A DNA stretch of 64,000 nucleotides from Scyliorhinus canicula (GCF_902713615.1 NC_052164.1:16653360-16717359); one strand, 5' to 3'. Shown: positions 11,011-24,570, counted from the first letter of the stretch. A program made the numbers and translations. Notes: generated from the sequence alone by a model not told the origin.

Positions 11011-11353
11011 GGGCAGCATGTTAGCATGGTGGTTAGCATAAATGCTTCACAGCTTCAGGGTCCCAGGTTCGATTCCCGGCTGGGTCACTGTCTGTGCGGA
11101 GTCTGCACGTCCTCCCCGTGTGTGCGTGGGTTTCCTCCGGGTGCTCCGGTTTCCTCCCACAGTCCAAAGATGTGCGGGTTAGGTGGATTGGCCATGCTAA
11201 ATTGCCCGTAGTGTCCTAAAAAGTAAGGTTAAGAGGGGGGTTGTTGGGTTACGGGTATAGTGTGGATACGTGGGTTTGAGTAGGGTGATCATGGCTCGGC
11301 ACAACATCGAGGGCCGAAGGGCCTGTTCTGTGCTGTACTGTTCTATGTTCTAT
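11011..11353 (+). mobile_element. tRNA-derived SINE, long HE1-like form with CR1-type 3' tail (duplicate at ~30590-30932)
   Basis: A box TAGCATGGTGG and B box GGTTCGATTCC; V-domain-like core; tail gggccgaagggcctgt...(ttctatg)n; absent from the paralogous CR1 fragment at ~5880. Confidence 0.85.
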
Positions 11354-12320
11354 GTAGCTTGTAGAGTTGATGAGGGTGAGCCAGTGGATGTGGTTTATTT
11401 CATAGAATTCCAACAATGCAGAAGGCGGTCATTTGGCACATTGAGTCTGAACCGACCCTCCAAAAGTGCTGCCATCCCAGGTCCCCCCCCCCCACCCTAG
11501 CCATGTAACCGCGCAACTCCACCTAACCTTTAGACTCTAAGGGGCAATTAAGCATTGCCAATCACCTATCCTGTCCATTTTTGGAATTAGTGAAGGCTTT
11601 CAAAAGTGCCATGTAAGAGATTAGAGTGTAAAGTTAAAGCGCATGGGATTGGAACAGTCTATTGATATGGAGAAAAAACTGGTCGAAGACAGGAAACAAA
11701 GAGTAGGACTGGAGAGATATTTTTCCAAATGGCAGCCAGAGTCTAGTGGGTTACCTCAGGGATTGGGGCTGGCACCCGAGCGATCCACAATTTATATCAA
11801 TGATTTAGATGTGGGAAGTAAATGTAATGGGCGCGAGCCAACTAAAAGGGAACAAAGTCCCAATGCGAGTGCGTTTAGCCACATGTTTCCCGGTGCTTGC
11901 AGTGCGGAGAAACATATGGCTATAAAATGCCTCTCACGGGGCCTAAGTGGGGAACGCATGCCCGAGGCTGCACTTAGACCCGATATGTGCACTGAGGGTT
12001 TCCACGTGCCGATTTCCTAAGTGTAGCGAGAGATCGGGACACATTTTTGAATGGCATTCTGATCTTCAATGCCCACGGTTCAACTCCCCACTTCCCCCAA
12101 GGCCCAACGCACTATAGGAGGGTACTATCTGCCCCCACCCCATCCCCAACACCTGCGCAGGGCACCTTTGGCCCGATCACAGCACACAAAAAGCCAGCTT
12201 GGCACAATGGCAGTGCCACCTGGCCACCTTGGCACTGCATGGTTGTCAATTGAGAGACGGGAATATGCAACAAGATCTTGGTGTCCTCATACAGCAGTTG
12301 CTGGAGGTAAGTATACAGGT

Positions 12321-13074
12321 TGATAGGTTATTGATTTATTGGTTCATTGATTTATTGGTGTTTTTAGGTACTGGTTGACTGCATAGCTAGAGAATGGAAT
12401 TATTCAAAAGGCTATGACTGTGAAGAGATAGTCATTGTTTCAGACAATGAATAAGCTTTTGATCTTGGAGTCAAGTCTGCAGAAATTCAGACATTTGTTT
12501 CAACAAATGTTTCATACAATGAATAGACCATTGTATTCCGTGCATGTAGCAATAAGAATGTATCTATTAAGCAGTTACAGCAAGGTTGATGGATAACAGT
12601 GTCTTGAGAATCCCCTTCTCATAAGGCAGCGCACGTAGACCCTAAATTATTCCTTACAGATACCAATCTTATGTAATGGCCAATGTTTAATTAATAAATT
12701 GCCCTTTAAGTATCAGGAATCTATTTGAACCAACCAGGAGATCTCAGCTGAGAATTAGTAACCAACGAGAGTAAATGAGAGACTAGCCCGTAGATAAGGA
12801 TTACCTTAAGAGTGACACCTTGTGGTCCAGGTTCGTTCCGAAGTTCCTACCTTCCTGAGTTCTTGAATCATTCCATTCATTTATTTTAAAGTGATTTATT
12901 TATGTTTTATGATGAATGAACTATGTGCCATGTTTTTGAACATTTCCTTTTAAGTTTTCATTGAGTTCTTATGTGTATTGAAGTGAATCATTTGCAATAA
13001 AGTTGTAATTTGGACACCTCCAATCAAGCGAACAATCGACTCTTATCAGGAAATAGAATAAGAGATCCTGTACA
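12321..13074 (+). mobile_element. Probable solo LTR (~750 bp) inserted in a CR1 fragment; truncated duplicate at 31921-32400
   Basis: Interrupts the CR1 sequence tatacaggt|acagcagg; tacaggt repeated on both sides; starts TGATAGG and ends CCTGTACA; AATAAA near 12997. Confidence 0.55.
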
Positions 13075-14165
13075 GGTACAGCAGGCAGTAATGAAGGCAA
13101 TTGGGATGTTGGACTTCATTGCAAGAGGATTCAGGCAGCTCTTAGCTTATAGAATTCATTCTCTACTCTCGGGGTACGGGTGGCCGTGAGGCGGAGATTT
13201 TTGAAGTGTTGGAGGATCCAGGAGTCCAGGTGGGGTGAGAGGCCAATGCATTGGCCTTTGCCTCCCTGATAGCCCGGAGACGGAAGTTGATGTGCCGGTG
13301 GGACTCGGAGCCACCGGAGGTGGGGGCGTGGGTGAGTGACCTGGCAGAATTCCGGCATTTGGAGAACTATAAGTTTGCCTTGAGAGGGGGTGGGGTGGGG
13401 AAGGAGATGTTCAGCCGGAGGTGAAAGTGTTCATCGATTTCGGCAGGGTGAATTACGGTGTCAGCTGGAGGGGTCGGGGGCGGGGTGGATGGGACTTGTT
13501 TTTTCTGTATTGGGGAGGAAATAAGAGGGGAAAAGTCAAAGGGGCAGGAAGAATTGTGGGCTTGGTATCGGGGGTTGTTGTGGGCCTGTGTTCTTTGTTC
13601 CTGTGGATTTCTGGTTTTCTAATATATCTATGGACATATGCAAATTGCCTTAATAAAAATATTTTTTAAAAATAGGAGTCATTCTCTGGGTTTAAAGCTA
13701 ATACAACTTAGAACATAGAACATACAGTGCAGAAGGAGGCCATTTGGCCCATCAAGTCTGCACCGAACCACTTAAGCCCTCACTTCCACACTATCCCCGT
13801 AACGCAATAGCCCCTCCTAAACTTATTGGCACTAAGGGCAATTTATCATGGCAAATCCGCACAACTAAAGATTTTTTTTTTTTACGGAGTGTAAAGTAAG
13901 TAAATGTCTAGTTTTCAGTTGTTTAATATCAATTCCTTTTTATGAAGAAAACAGCTGAATCGGCATCATTGCAAACAAAAGTATTTATTATTCCAATATA
14001 AACATACATATAAATAATTCAGTTGACTGCTGATAACAGCACAGTACTAAAATGCAAGCAGAAATAATTAATTTTCAGGAGAATGTCCTCACGTCAGGAT
14101 CACTGAAACTAATTTCAGTCTATAACCAACTCTTACATCTTCCTAAAGTTCACTGTAAATGAGTT

Positions 14166-14825
14166 TTAATTGTCCATTTTTTCATCCGCCTCATTTCTCT
14201 TCTCATCTTTCCCACTCTCCTGTCTCTGTGCCTCTTGGTCAGGATTTAGCCGAGGAGTGGTTGTTGTGTCAGAGGTGATGTTGACGGGCACAATTCGTTC
14301 ATTCCCGGCTGGCAGTGCCAGGCGTGGGGCTTGAACCTTTAACTGACCGTCCTGTGACAAACAGCAGTTCAGAGCTTCAGCATTGACATCGTCTGGCAAC
14401 TGAAATTCTCTCCTGAACTCTTCGTATTTGTAGCTGTAAGAGCCACTGCCATCATCCCTTTTCTTCTCGTGTTTTCCTGTCACCAGCAATTTGCTTCCAA
14501 GTACTTTCACCTTCAGTTCTTCTGGGGAGAATCGCTGCACATCCAGGGACAGAGAAAATCCATCTCCATCCTTGTCCCCTGATTGTCTTTTACCTTCTTC
14601 GGTATCATCAGGTCTGTTGTCCTGATTTCCTGGTTTCTCCACCAGATATTCTTTTGCCAGCTCCTCAAGAACTCTATCCATAAAGTTCATGCTCTTTCTT
14701 GCTTCTTCCACCTGATTCCACATGTTGCATTCCAGCGACTGACAGACCCTGTGTGGAACAGGCCACAATGTGTACACAGGCTGCTGGCACAGACGTGAAG
14801 GGGGGAAAGCCCGACAGCTCAGCAT
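14166..14825 (-). CDS. hsp30: HSP30/HSPB9-like, copy 4 (219 aa, intact)
   Basis: ATG at 14825; complete domain; TATA 14918-14925. Confidence 0.9.
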   Translation of the reverse strand: MLSCRAFPPSRLCQQPVYTLWPVPHRVCQSLECNMWNQVEEARKSMNFMDRVLEELAKEYLVEKPGNQDNRPDDTEEGKRQSGDKDGDGFSLSLDVQRFSPEELKVKVLGSKLLVTGKHEKKRDDGSGSYSYKYEEFRREFQLPDDVNAEALNCCLSQDGQLKVQAPRLALPAGNERIVPVNITSDTTTTPRLNPDQEAQRQESGKDEKRNEADEKMDN

Positions 14826-15525
14826 TGTCTCTGCCTCTTCTCTCACTTCTCTCAAAGCCACTGATGTGAACTGAAAGTCTTCAGTCTCTGATCTGCTGCT
14901 GCACTCAGAACCCACGCCTTATATATTCTACGGTCAGAAATGCAGACCCTTCCAGAATGAACTCAACTTTGCTGGGTTCATGACCCGTGAGTTGACAATA
15001 AATGACGTCTCGTCTCATCCTTGATTTAAAGGAGAATGACTCGACTCAGTGACACCCACTGGAGCCATTCCAGAGATTTCCGGAATGTTCTCAGCCAAGG
15101 ACAGCAATGATGGGAGGAGCAATGTTAATGAGGGACAGCCTAGCAGCAGGCAGTGTGTGCAGCAATGTCAGATTCCTTTTAAGAAGTAAGAGTTGTTTAT
15201 CGACAGAAATGAGCTTCTGTGACCCTGACATTAGGGCACAATGCTGAAAGTTAATTATTTCCACTTGTATTTTGGTACTGTGCTGTTGTCAGCGTTAATG
15301 TGGAGTATTTCTATGTGTATGTATATTGGAATAATAAATACTTTTGAATGAAATTATGATGATTTGGATTTTTCACTTCATAGAAAGAAATTGATATTAA
15401 ACAACTGGAACTAAATAATGACTTATTTTCCACTCAGTAAAAAAAAACTTTTCAATTGAATTAACTGAAAACCCAGACAAATAATTCAATCAGCCAAGAT
15501 CTGCCTCAAAGAGAATTTAGCTCAT
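14271..15525. repeat. 1.25-kb direct repeat (second copy 19418-20671) flanking the first young L1
   Basis: Offset of 5147 nt; only a handful of differences by eye. Confidence 0.95.
14918..15091 (-). promoter_or_regulatory. Copy 4 promoter: TATA box and HSE 15067-15091
   Basis: Same nGAAn array as copy 2. Confidence 0.8.
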
Positions 15526-18500
15526 GTTGCAGGAGACACATCTGAAAGTGTCGGACCAGACCAGGCTAAGGAAGGGCTGGATTAGCCAGATCTTCCACTC
15601 GGACTCGAAGTCCAGAGGGGTGGCAATCATGATCAACAAGCGCGTGCAATTTGAGGCAGAGGGCATATCCGCAGACAGGGGGGGCAGATACCTGATGGTA
15701 CGGGGCAGACTGGAGGGGAGAAGAGTGGTGCTGGTGAATATATATGCCCCGAACTGGGATGACGTGGACTTCATTAAAAGAGTGCTGGGGAAGATCCCGG
15801 ACCTGGATTCTCGCAGGCTAATAATGGGAGCGGACTTTAACATGGTCCTTGAGCCGACTTTGGATCGGTTGTGTCCCAGAACGGGTAGACTCTCAGGAAG
15901 TGCAAGGGAGCTCAAAGGGTTTATGGAGCAAATGGGGGCAGTGGACCCCTGGAGAGATAGACAGCCAACAGGAAGGGGCTACTCGTTTTACTCGCACGTC
16001 CATAAAGTATATTCCAGGATAGATTTCTTTGTACTAAGCAGGAACTGTATGGGGGAGGTAAAGAACACGGAATACTCAGCAATTACCATTTCAGACCATG
16101 CCCCGCATTGGGTGGACCTGCAGTTCGGGAAGCGAGCTATCAACGCCCGCAATGGAGGCTAGATGTGGGACTGCTGTCGGAGGAGGGGATCTGCGAGAGG
16201 CTTCGCAAATGTATAAAAAATTACCTGCAGGTGAATGACACTGGGGAGGTCTCAGCGGCGACCGTGTGGGAGGCGCTAAAGGCAGTAGTGCGGGGGGAGC
16301 TGATTTCAATTGGAGCCCATAGAGCCAAGGCAGACCGGGCAGAGATGGATAGATTGGTCAGGGAAATGGGCCGGATAGATGAAGAGCACGCGGAGTCCCC
16401 GGGGGAGGTTTTACTCAGGGAAAGGCAGAGGCTACAGGCGGAACTGGGGGCACTATCCACGAGCAGGGCCGTGGAACAGCTTAGGAAGGCGAGGGGAGTG
16501 GTGTACGAGTATGGGGAAAAGGCTAGCAGACTGTTAGCGCAGCAACTTAGGAGGAGGGAGGCGGCCAGGGAAATAGGTAGAGTGAGGGACGAGGGGGGGC
16601 ACAAAGTGGAGGATCCGGCAGAATTGAATAGGGTATTCCGGGACTTCTATCGTAAGCTGTATACTTCGGAGCCGCCAGAAGAACCGGAGGGGATGAAAAG
16701 GTTTCTGGATGGGTTAACTTTCCCAACAGTTGGGGGGGGGGGGGGCGAGTGGAAGAGCTGGGGGCCCCGATTAGAGTAGAGGAGGTATTGGGGGGCCTAA
16801 AGGCCATGCAGTCGGGGAAGTCCCCGGGACCGGATGGATACCCAGTAGAGTTTTATAGGAAGTTCTCTGAGCTGGTGGGCCCGGTCTTGGCGAGGGTTTT
16901 CAATGAGGCAAGGGACAGAGGGACCCTGCCGCCGACGATGTCACAAGCCACCATATCTCTGATATTAAAGCGGGGTAAAGACCCGGAGGTGTGCGGGTCC
17001 TACAGGCCAATCTCCCTGATTAATGTAGATGCCAAGCTCCTGGCAAACGTACTGGCGGGTAGAATGGAGGACTGTGTACCGGAGGTGATTGGGGAGGATC
17101 AAACGGGGTTCGTGAAAGGTAGGCAGCTGGCGGCCAATCTGAGGAGATTGCTCAATGTGATAATGATGCCCCCGGCGGGTAGAGAGGTGGAGGTAGTGGT
17201 GGCTATGGACGCCGAGAAGGCCTTTGACCGGGTGGAGTGGGAATATCTATGGGAGGTGCTCGGACGGTTTGGGTTCGGGGAGGGATTGGTGGATTGGATC
17301 AAATTATTATATCAGGCCCCGAGGGCCAGCGTCAGGACCAACAGAGAAGTGTCGGAGTACTTTAGGTTGTACCGAGGGACCAGGCAGGGCTGCCCGCTCT
17401 CCCCGCTGCTGTTTGCGCTGGCCATAGAGCCGCTGGCGATTGCGCTGAGAGCCGCAGAGGGTTGGAAGGGGATGGTGAGGGGCGGGGTTGAACATAGGGT
17501 TTCTCTTTATGCAGACGACCTGCTCCTGTACGTGTCGGACCCAGTGGCCGGGATGGGAACTATACTGGGAATGCTGAGGGAGTTCGGCCAGTTCTCAGGA
17601 TACAAATTAAATACGGTCAAGAGTGAAATGTTTGTGGTACAGGCAAGGGGCCAGGAGAACAGATTGAGAGGGCTACCGTTTAGGTTAGTTGAGGAAAATT
17701 TCCGGTATTTGGGAATCCAGGTGGCGCGAGACTGGGGCAGGCTGCACAAGTTAAATTTGGCCAGGGTGGTGGAGCAAATGAAGGGAGAGTTTCGGAGATG
17801 GGATGCACTCCCGCTGTCGCTGGCAGGGAGTGTGCAGACTGTAAAGATGACAATCCTCCCTCGATTTTTGTTTATTTTTCAGTGCCTCCCGATCTTTATC
17901 CCACAGTCCTTCTTCAAAAGAGTTAACGGGCTGATCATGAGCTTTGTCTGGGCGGGAAAGTCTCCGCGGGTGAAGAAGGCGATGTTGGAGAGGAACCGCA
18001 GCGAGGGAGGGCTGGCGTTGCCGAGTCTGGTCAATTATTACTGGGCGGCCAACATCGCTATGATAAGGAAGTGGATGGTGGGTACAGGGTCTATTTGGGA
18101 GCGAGTGGAGGCGGCTTCGTGCAGGGGCTCCAGTTTGGAAGCCCTGGTCACGGCTCCTCTACCGCTGCCGCCGGCCAAGTACACCACCAGCCCGGTAGTG
18201 GTGGCGACCCTGCGGATATGGGGCCAGTGGAGGAGGGATGTGGGGGAGATGGGGGCGTCTGTCTGGGCGCCAATCTGCGACAACCATCGGTTTGCCCCCG
18301 GCAGTATGGATGGGGGGTTCCGAGTATGGCGGCGAGCAGGGGCGGGAAGGGTGGGTGATATGTTCCTGGAAGGGAGCTTCGCGAGTTTGAGGAGCTTGGA
18401 GGAGAAATTTGGGTTGGTAGGGGGAAATGATTTTAGATACCTACAGCTGCGGGACTTTGTTCGTAGACAGGTCCCATCTTTCCCGCGCCTCCCGCCAATG

Positions 18501-19418
18501 GGGATCCTAGACAGAATAGGCTCTGGGAGGTACGAAGGGGAGGGTAGAGTCTCAGGTATTTATAAGGTGCTCATGAGGGAGGAAGGGTCCCAGACAGAGG
18601 AACTGAAACTTAAATGGGAGGAGGAGCTAGGCGGGGAAATGGAGGATGGGCTGTGGGCAGAGGCCCTGAGTAGGGTAAACTCGACCGCGACATGTGCAAG
18701 GCTCGGGCTGATCCAATTTAAGGTCGTTCACCGGGCCCATATGACGGTGGCTCGGATGAGCAAATTTTTTGTGATAGAGGACAAATGCGCTAGGTGCGCG
18801 GGAGGACCAGCGAACCATGTGCACATGTTTTGGGCATGCCCTGAGCTGAGGGGGTACTGGGAGGGATTTGCGGGGGTCATGTCCCAGGTGCTAAAAACAA
18901 GGGTGGTGATGAGTCCAGGGGTGGCAATTTTTGGGGTTTCGGAAGACCCAGGCGTCCAGGGGGAGAAAGCGGCCGATGTGCTGGCCTTTGCTTCCCTGAT
19001 AGCCCGGCGACGAATATTATTGGCGTGGAGGGACTCAAAGCCCCCGAAGACTGAGTGGTGGCTTGCGGACATGTCAAGTTTCCTGGGGATGGAAAAAATT
19101 AAGTTCGCCTTGAGGGGATCTGTGCAGGGGTTCACCCGGAGGTGGCAACCATTTATTGACTTCTTTGCGGGAGAGTGAGCGTCAGCAGGGGGGTGGGGGG
19201 AGGGGGGGGGGGGGGGGTAGAGTAGAGTAGGAGGGAAAATATGGCGGGTAGTACGGGTGGGAGGGGAGCGGGCTTGTGCAATACGGTATGATGGAAGTAT
19301 TGAAAGTACGTGGATGTTTGCACATTTTTGCCTTTTTTGCTTCCTTTCTGATGATGTCTGTAACTGTTTATAAAGCCAAAAACTACCTCAATAAAATTGT
19401 TTATTAAAAAAAAAAAAA
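15524..19418 (+). mobile_element. Young 5'-truncated L1-clade LINE (ORF2 from MLQETH: EN, RT, CCHC; G-rich 3'UTR; poly-A); two frameshifts
   Basis: ORFs 15524..16162, 16108..16779 and 16749..19178 with [25 protein letters not shown] and CARC...HMFWAC; AATAAA then A13 at 19406-19418. Confidence 0.95.
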
Positions 19419-19972
19419 GAGGTGATGTTGACGGGCACAGTTCGTTCATTCCCGGCTGGCAGTGCCAGGCGTGGGGCTTGAACCTTTAACTGACCGTCCT
19501 GTGACAAACAGCAGTTCAGAGCTTCAGCATTGACATCGTCTGGCAACTGAAATTCTCTCCTGAACTCTTCGTATTTGTAGCTGTAAGAGCCACTGCCATC
19601 ATCCCTTTTCTTCTCGTGTTTTCCTGTCACCAGCAATTTGCTTCCAAGTACTTTCACCTTCAGTTCTTCTGGGGAGAATCGCTGCACATCCAGGGACAGA
19701 GAAAATCCATCTCCATCCTTGTCCCCTGATTGTCTTTTACCTTCTTCGGTATCATCAGGTCTGTTGTCCTGATTTCCTGGTTTCTCCACCAGATATTCTT
19801 TTGCCAGCTCCTCAAGAACTCTATCCATAAAGTTCATGCTCTTTCTTGCTTCTTCCACCTGATTCCACATGTTGCATTCCAGCGACTGACAGACCCTGTG
19901 TGGAACAGGCCACAATGTGTACACAGGCTGCTGGCACAGACGTGAAGGGGGGAAAGCCCGACAGCTCAGCAT
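19388..19972 (-). pseudogene. hsp30: HSP30/HSPB9-like, copy 5: near-identical to copy 4 but the 3' end is replaced by antisense L1 tail (ends VPVNITSFFFFNKQFY*)
   Basis: ATG at 19972; homology stops at 19418 at the L1 poly-A; promoter intact (HSE 20214-20238), so it may still be expressed. Confidence 0.75.
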
Positions 19973-20669
19973 TGTCTCTGCCTCTTCTCTCACTTCTCTC
20001 AAAGCCACTGATGTGAACTGAAAGTCTTCAGTCTCTGATCTGCTGCTGCACTCAGAACCCACGCCTTATATATTCTACGGTCAGAAATGCAGACCCTTCC
20101 AGAATGAACTCAACTTTGCTGGGTTCATGACCCGTGAGTTGACAATAAATGACGTCTCGTCTCATCCTTGATTTAAAGGAGAATGACTCGACTCAGTGAC
20201 ACCCACTGGAGCCATTCCAGAGATTTCCGGAATGTTCTCAGCCAAGGACAGCAATGATGGGAGGAGCGAAGTTAATGAGGGACAGCTAGCAGCAGGCAGT
20301 GTGTGCAGCAATGTCAGATTCCTTTTAAGAAGTAAGAGTTGTTTATCGACAGAAATGAGCTTCTGTGACCCTGACATTAGGGCACAATGCTGAAAGTTAA
20401 TTATTTCCACTTGTATTTTGGTACTGTGCTGTTGTCAGCGTTAATGTGGAGTATTTCTATGTGTATGTATATTGGAATAATAAATACTTTTGAATGAAAT
20501 TATGATGATTTGGATTTTTTACTTCATAGAAAGAAATTGATATTAAACAACTGGAACTAAATAATGACTTATTTTCCACTCAGTAAAAAAAAACTTTTCA
20601 ATTGAATTAACTGAAAACCCAGACAAATAATTCAATCAGCCAAGATCTGCCTCAAAGAGAATTTAGCTC

Positions 20670-23600
20670 ATGTTGCAGGAGACACATCTGAAAGTGCCGG
20701 ACCAGACCAGGCTAAGGAAGGGCTGGATTAGCCAGATCTTCCACTCGGACTTGGACTCGAAGTCCAGAGGGGTGGCAATCATGATCAACAAGCGCGTGCA
20801 ATTTGAGGCAGAGGGCATATCCGCAGACAGGGGGGGCAGATACCTGATGGTACGGGGAAGACTGGAGGGGAGAAGAGTGGTGCTGGTGAATATATATGCC
20901 CCAAACTGGGATGACGTGGACTTCATTAAAAGAGTGCTGGGGAAGATCCCGGACCTGGATTCTCGCAGGCTAATAATGGGAGCGGGTTTTAACATGGTCC
21001 TTGAGCCGACTTTGGATCGGTTGTGTCCCAGAACGGGTAGACTCTCAGCAATGGCAAGGGAGCTCAAAGGGTTTATGGAGCAAATGGGGGCAGTGGACCC
21101 CTGGAGAGATAGACAGCCAACAGGAAGGGGCTACTCGTTTTACTCGCACGTCCATAAAGTATATTCCAGGATAGATTTCTTTGTACTAAGCAGGGACTGT
21201 ATGGGGGAGGTAAAGAACACGGAATACTCAGCAATTACCATTTCAGACCATGCCCCGCATTGGGTGGACCTGCAGTTCGGGGAAGCGAGCTATCAACGCC
21301 CGCAATGGAGGCTAGATGTGGGACTGCTGTCGGAGGAGGGGGTCTGCGAGAGGCTGCGGAAATGCATAAAAAATTACCTGCAGGTGAATGACACGGGGAA
21401 GGTCTCAGCGGCGACCTTGTGGGAGGCGCTAAAGGCAGTAGTGCGGGGGAGCTGATTTCAATTGGGGCCCACAGAGCCAAGGCAGACCGGGCAGAGATGG
21501 ATAGATTGGTCAGGGAAATGGGTCAGATAGATGAAGAGCACGCGGAGTCCCCGGGGGAGGTTTTACTCAGGGAGAGGCAGAGACTACAGGCGGAACTGGG
21601 GGCACTATCCACGAGCAGGGCCGTGGAACAGCTTAGGAAGGCGAGAGGAGTGGTGTACGAGCATGGGGAAAAGGCTAGCAGACTGTTAGCGCAGTAACTC
21701 AGGAGGAGGGAGGCGGCCAGGGAAATAGGTAGAGTGAGGGACGAGGGGGGGCGCAAAGTGGAGGACCCGGCAGAATTGAATAGGGTATTCCGGGACTTCT
21801 ATCGTAAGCTGTACACTTCGGAGCCGCCGGAAGAACCGTAGGGGATGAAAAGGTTTCTGGACGGGTTAACATTCCCAAAAGTTGGTGGGGGGCGAGTGGA
21901 AGAGCTGGGGGCCCCGATTAGAGTAGAGGAGGTATTGGGGGGCCTTAAGGCTATGCAGTCGTGGAAGTCCCCGGGGCCGGATGGATACCCAGTAGAGTTT
22001 TATAGGAAGTTCTCTGAGCTGGTGGGCCCAGTCTTGGCGAAGGTTTTCAATGAGGCAAGGGACAGAGGGACCCTGCCGCCGACAATGTCACAAGCCACCA
22101 TATCTCTGATATTGAAGCGGGGTAAAGACCCGGAGGTGTGCGGGTCCTACAGGCCAATCTCCCTGATTAATGTAGATGCCAAGCTCCTGGCAAAGGTACT
22201 GGCGGGTAGAATGGAGGACTGTGTACCGGAGGTGATTGGGGAGGATCAAACGGGGTTCGTGAAAGGTAGGCAGCTGGTGGCCAATCTGAGGAGATTACTC
22301 AATGTGATAATGATGCCCCCGGCGGGTAGAGAGGTGGGGGTAGTGGTGGCAATGGACGCCGAGAAGGCCTTTGACCGGGTGGAGTGGGACTATCTATGGG
22401 AGGTGCTCGGACGATTTGGGTTCAGGGAGGGATTGGTGGATTGGATCAAATTATTGTATCAGGCCCCGAGGGCCAGCGTCAGGACTAACAGAGAAGTGTC
22501 GGAGTATTTTGGTTGTACCGAGGGACCAGACAGGGCTGCCCGCTCTCCCCGCTGCTGTTTGCGCTGGCCATAGAGCCGCTGGCGATTGCGCTGAGAGCCG
22601 CAGAGGGTTGGAAGGGGATGGTGAGGGGCGGGGTTGAACACAGGGTTTCTCTTTATGCAGACGACCTGCTCCTGTACGTGTCGGGCCCAGTGGCCGGGAT
22701 GGGAACTATACTGGGAATGCTGAGGAAGTTCGGCCAGTTCTCAGGATACAAATTAAATACGGTCAAGAGTGAAATGTTTGTGGTCCAGGCAAGGGGCCAG
22801 GAGAACAGATTGAGAGGGCTACCGTTTAGGCTGGTTGAGGAAAATTTCCGGTATTTGGGAATCCAGGTGGCACGAGACTGGGGCAGGCTGCATAAGTTAA
22901 ATTTGGCCAGGATGGTGGAGCAAATGAAGGGAGAGTTTCGGAGATGGGATGCACTCCCGCTGTCGCTGGCAGGGAGGGTGCAGACGGTAAAGATGACAAT
23001 CCTCCCTCGATTTTTGTTTATTTTTCAGTGCCACCCGATCTTTATCCCACAGTCCTTCTTCAAAAGAGTTAACGGGCTGATCATGAGCTTTGTCTGGGCG
23101 GGAAAATCCCCGCGGGTGAAGACGGCGATGTTGGAGAGGAACCGCAGCGAGGGTGGGCTGGCTTTGCCGAGTCTGATCAATTATTACTGGGCGGCCAACA
23201 TCGCTATGATAAGGAAGTGGATGGTGGGTACGGGGTGTATTTGGGAGCGGGTGGAGGCGGCTTCATGCAGGGGCTCCAGCTTGGAAGCCCTGGTCACGGC
23301 TCCTCTACCGCTGCCGCTGGCCAAGTACACCACCAGCCCGGTAGTGGTGGCGACCCTGCGGATATGGGGCCAGTGGAGGAGGCATGTGGGGGAGATGGGG
23401 GTGTTTGTCTGGGCGCCAATCTGCGACAACCATCGGTTTGCCCCCGGCAGTATGGATGGGGGGTTCCGAGTATGGCGGCGAGCAGGGGCGGGAAGGGTGG
23501 GTGATATGTTCCTGGAAGGGAGCTTCGCGAGTTTGAGGAGCTTGGAGGAGAAATTTGGGTTGGTAAGGGGAAATGATTTTAGATACCTACAGTTGCGGGA

Positions 23601-24570
23601 CTTTGTTCGTAGACAGGCCCCATCTTTCCCACTCCTCCCGCCAATGGGGATCCTCGACAGAATAGTCTCTAGGAGGGAAGAAGGGGAGGGCAGAGTCTCG
23701 GGTATATATAAGGTGCTTATGAGGGAGGAAGGGTCCCAAACAGAGGAACTGAAACTTAAATGGGAGGAGGAGCTAGGTGGGGAAATGGAGGATGGGCTGT
23801 GGGCAGAGGCCCTGAGTAGGGTAAATTCGACTGCGACATGTGCTAGGCTCGGGCTGATCCAATTTAAGGTCGTTCACCGGGCCCATATGACGGTGGCTCG
23901 GATGAGCAAATTTTTCGGGATAGAGGACAAATGCGCTAGGTGCGCGGGAGGACCAGCGAACCATGTTCACAGGTTTTGGGCATGCCCTGAGCTGAGGGGG
24001 TACTGGGAGGGATTTGCAGGGGTCATGTCCCAGGTGCTAAAAACAAGGGTGGTGATGAGTCCAGGGGTGGCAATTTTTGGGGTTTCGGAAGACCCGGGCG
24101 TCCAGGGGGAGAAAGAGGCCGATGTTTTGGCCTTTGCTTCCCTGATAGCCCGGCGACGAATATTATTGGCGTGGAGGGACTCAAAGCCCCCGAAGACTGA
24201 GTGGTGGCTTGCGGACATGTCGAGTTTCCTGGGGATGGAAAAAATTAAGTTCGCCTTGAGGGGATCTGTGCAGGGGTTCACCCGGAGGTGGCAACCATTT
24301 ATTGACTTCCTTGCGGGAGAGTGAGCATCAGCAGGGGGGTGGGGGGGAGAGGAGGGGGGGGGGGGGGGGGGGGGGGGTAGAGTAGAGTAGGAGGAAAAAT
24401 ATGTCGGGTAGTACCGGTGGGAGGGGAGCGGGCTTGTGCAATATGTTACGATTGAAGTATTGAAAGTACGTGGATGTTTGCGCATTTTTGCCTTTTTTGC
24501 TTTTTCTGATGATGTCTGTAACTGTTATGAAGCCGAAAACTACCTCAATAAAATTGTTTACTAAATAAAA
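20670..24570 (+). mobile_element. Second young 5'-truncated L1-clade LINE with 18-bp target-site duplication; stops and frameshifts in ORF2
   Basis: TSD aaagagaatttagctcat at 20654-20671 and 24569-24586; empty sites at ~5017, ~10158 and ~29737; stops at ~21695 and ~21839. Confidence 0.95.

Noticed and set aside
11643-12020. 125-aa ORF identical in two places (also 31243..31620)
   Set aside because: CR1/MITE-derived sequence inside a recent segmental duplication; identity reflects recency
16749-19178. 809-aa RT ORF as a host gene or autonomous element
   Set aside because: It is a 5'-truncated L1 lacking ORF1, promoter and the endonuclease start, and it is frameshifted
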